This document shows, one piece after another, positions 62,314-64,000 of a stretch of 64,000 bases of DNA. Location: contig CAWEJX010000015.1 in the NCBI GenBank assembly GCA_963809485.1, positions 170,732-234,731 on the forward strand, given 5' to 3'. Each line of letters begins with the position of its first letter. The first letter of the stretch is position 1. Under the pieces are notes generated by a model. That model did not search any database. It saw nothing but the letters and a program-made list of their open reading frames with translations, and was not told where the DNA came from. Origin of the DNA: an uncultured Acidobacteriota bacterium. GTDB lineage: Bacteria; Acidobacteriota; UBA6911. The position numbers were made by a program, and so were the translations under genes.

Positions 62314-63336
62314 TTGGATAAATGGAGAGAAAGGGCCAAAAGCCTGTTTTGGCTTTTGCTGAAATTCGGGATAGCGGGCGGCCTGCTCTGGTGGATGATC
62401 GACGCGGGGAAGATCGATTTCCGGCAGCTCCGGATTTATGTCGTGCAGCCCAGGGTGCTGGCGCTTTATGCCGCCATCTGGTTCATCAATGTGATTCTGC
62501 TTCAGTCGGCGCGCTGGAAATCGCTGCTGTGGGGACTCGGCATCAACGTGCCCTGGCTTCGCGTGCTGGAGCTTCAATACGTCGGGATCTTCTTTAACAC
62601 GGCCATTCCGGGAGCGGTGGGCGGCGACGTCGTTAAGGCGGTTTACATCGTCCGGGATCAGCAACTCGAACACCGGACGCCCGCGGCGATGTCCATCCTG
62701 ATGGACCGGATTACGGGCCTCTTCGGCCTTTTCACCATCGGCGCCGTGGCCGTGACCTTTCACTTCCAGCAGCTTTGGCAAAGCCCGCTCATGCGGCCGA
62801 TGCTGATTGCCACTTATGCCCTGGTTGCGGGGATGCTGCTTTTCTTTATCCTGGTCTTCGTGCGCATTGAAGACAAACGTGATCCTTTTCTGCGCCTGCT
62901 GAGCCGCAGAGCGCCCGGCTTCGGTTTTGTCAAAAAAGTGTATGTGAGCCTTCGCAGCTACCGGCACCGTCCTGCAGCCATCATTTTTGCCTGGGCCGTC
63001 TCGATCGTGGTGCAGTGCCTGTTTTTTTATGTTTTCCTGGTTTTGACACGCCACTTGACAAAGCAGCCGTACAACATCGCCGTCATGGCGGCGGTCTATG
63101 CCCTCGGGGCTCTGACGACGGCTCTGCCCATCGCACCGGGCGGACTGGGAGTGGGGCACGCCGTGTTCGATAAGCTTTTTGAGCTTGCCGGGCTCACCGG
63201 GGGTGCGAATGTCTTTAACGTGTTCTGCCTGACGATGCTGGCGTTCAGCCTGTCCGGGGCGATTCCCTACCTTTTCGTCAAATCGAAAATGCCTTCGAAA
63301 GACGAGGCGCAGGAGTTTGCCAAAGCGCTGGATTGA
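62314..63336 (+). CDS. Lysylphosphatidylglycerol synthase TM (UPF0104/flippase-like) protein
   Basis: RWKSLL, FFNTAIPGAVGGDVVK, MDRITG, PIAPGGLGV motifs; start uncertain. Confidence 0.82.
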   Translation: MDKWRERAKSLFWLLLKFGIAGGLLWWMIDAGKIDFRQLRIYVVQPRVLALYAAIWFINVILLQSARWKSLLWGLGINVPWLRVLELQYVGIFFNTAIPGAVGGDVVKAVYIVRDQQLEHRTPAAMSILMDRITGLFGLFTIGAVAVTFHFQQLWQSPLMRPMLIATYALVAGMLLFFILVFVRIEDKRDPFLRLLSRRAPGFGFVKKVYVSLRSYRHRPAAIIFAWAVSIVVQCLFFYVFLVLTRHLTKQPYNIAVMAAVYALGALTTALPIAPGGLGVGHAVFDKLFELAGLTGGANVFNVFCLTMLAFSLSGAIPYLFVKSKMPSKDEAQEFAKALD

Positions 63337-63449
63337 CGAGGGGCGTTGAGTGCCGGCACCTTAACGCCGACATACGCCGAGTAAAGCGCTGACGCACGCG
63401 GATCACAAACAGGGTTTTCATTTCAGCAGGTCCAGGACATAATAGCAAA

Positions 63450-64000
63450 ATGTTTAGAAGGCAAAAAACAGGGTCGGTGCTCTGCCCGTCCTGCGGCAAA
63501 CTCGTGGGAGTGCATGATGCGGAGTGCTACAACTGCGGGCGGCGGAATCCCGGCATGTGGGGATTTGCTTCCGTCCTGCGCGGGCTGGGCAACAATTTCG
63601 GCTTCGACACAATCGTCATCTGGAGTTGCGCGGCTCTGTACATCCTGACCCTGCTGTTCGATCCGCAGGGGATACGGATGAGCGGCATGTCGCTCCTTTC
63701 GCCCGGCACGCGCAGCCTTTTCACCTTCGGCGCCAGCGGCGCCATACCCGTCTTCGGCTATGGCCGGTGGTGGACCGTTCTGAGCGCCGCGTGGCTGCAT
63801 GGCAGCCTGCTGCACATAATCTTCAACATGATGTGGGTCCGGCAGCTCGGACCTGCGGCCGTGGAGCTTTACGGGGCCTCCCGCACGGTGATCATTTACA
63901 CCGTCTCCTCCATCTTCGGATTCTTTCTGAGCAGCCTGGCGGGCTGGGTGTTCGGCGCGACGCCCCTGGCTTTCCTCAGAGGCGCGATGCTCACGGTGGG
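63450..64000 (+). CDS. Rhomboid intramembrane protease with N-terminal zinc ribbon, 3'-truncated by window
   Basis: Translated by hand: MFRRQKTGSVLCPSCG...CYNCG...WWTVLSAAWLHGSLLHIIFNMMW; absent from the ORF track because no stop lies in the window. Confidence 0.85.
   Translation, partial: MFRRQKTGSVLCPSCGKLVGVHDAECYNCGRRNPGMWGFASVLRGLGNNFGFDTIVIWSCAALYILTLLFDPQGIRMSGMSLLSPGTRSLFTFGASGAIPVFGYGRWWTVLSAAWLHGSLLHIIFNMMWVRQLGPAAVELYGASRTVIIYTVSSIFGFFLSSLAGWVFGATPLAFLRGAMLTV

Overview
Bacterial window, probably a diderm; Acidobacteriota-like by gene style, which is inference only. Many single-base indels split ordinary genes, so this looks like an unpolished long-read consensus. Contents in order: (1) end of a Tad pilus operon (tadB, tadC, a 30-aa membrane peptide, DUF192, GlsB-like protein, AAA ATPase); (2) a MASE1/GAF/PAS HisKA_2 kinase with a REC-PAS-GGDEF-EAL partner; (3) a sigma54-type type IVa minor pilin operon (pilV, pilW, fimT, pilX), where pilW carries an in-frame TAG; (4) a ~16 kb surface-glycan locus (GT-C, DUF2304, several GT2s, a ~1580-aa radical SAM/GT/coiled-coil/RgpF/HAD fusion, wzm/wzt); (5) three Tad pseudopilin cassettes, two of which are a recent tandem duplication with diverged vWA adhesin domains; (6) DUF6159, an antitoxin with a truncated vapC, a TetR-TolC-MFP-RND efflux operon and gpsA; (7) an operon combining an ABC transporter, a membrane coiled-coil protein, an AAA+ ATPase, PspA and a solute-binding/OmpA fusion, interrupted by a Y1 transposase with eight REP-like units; (8) nitroreductase, LPG-synthase-TM protein and a partial rhomboid. 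Several families of intergenic palindromic and heptamer repeats occur throughout. No rRNA, tRNA or CRISPR array was seen.
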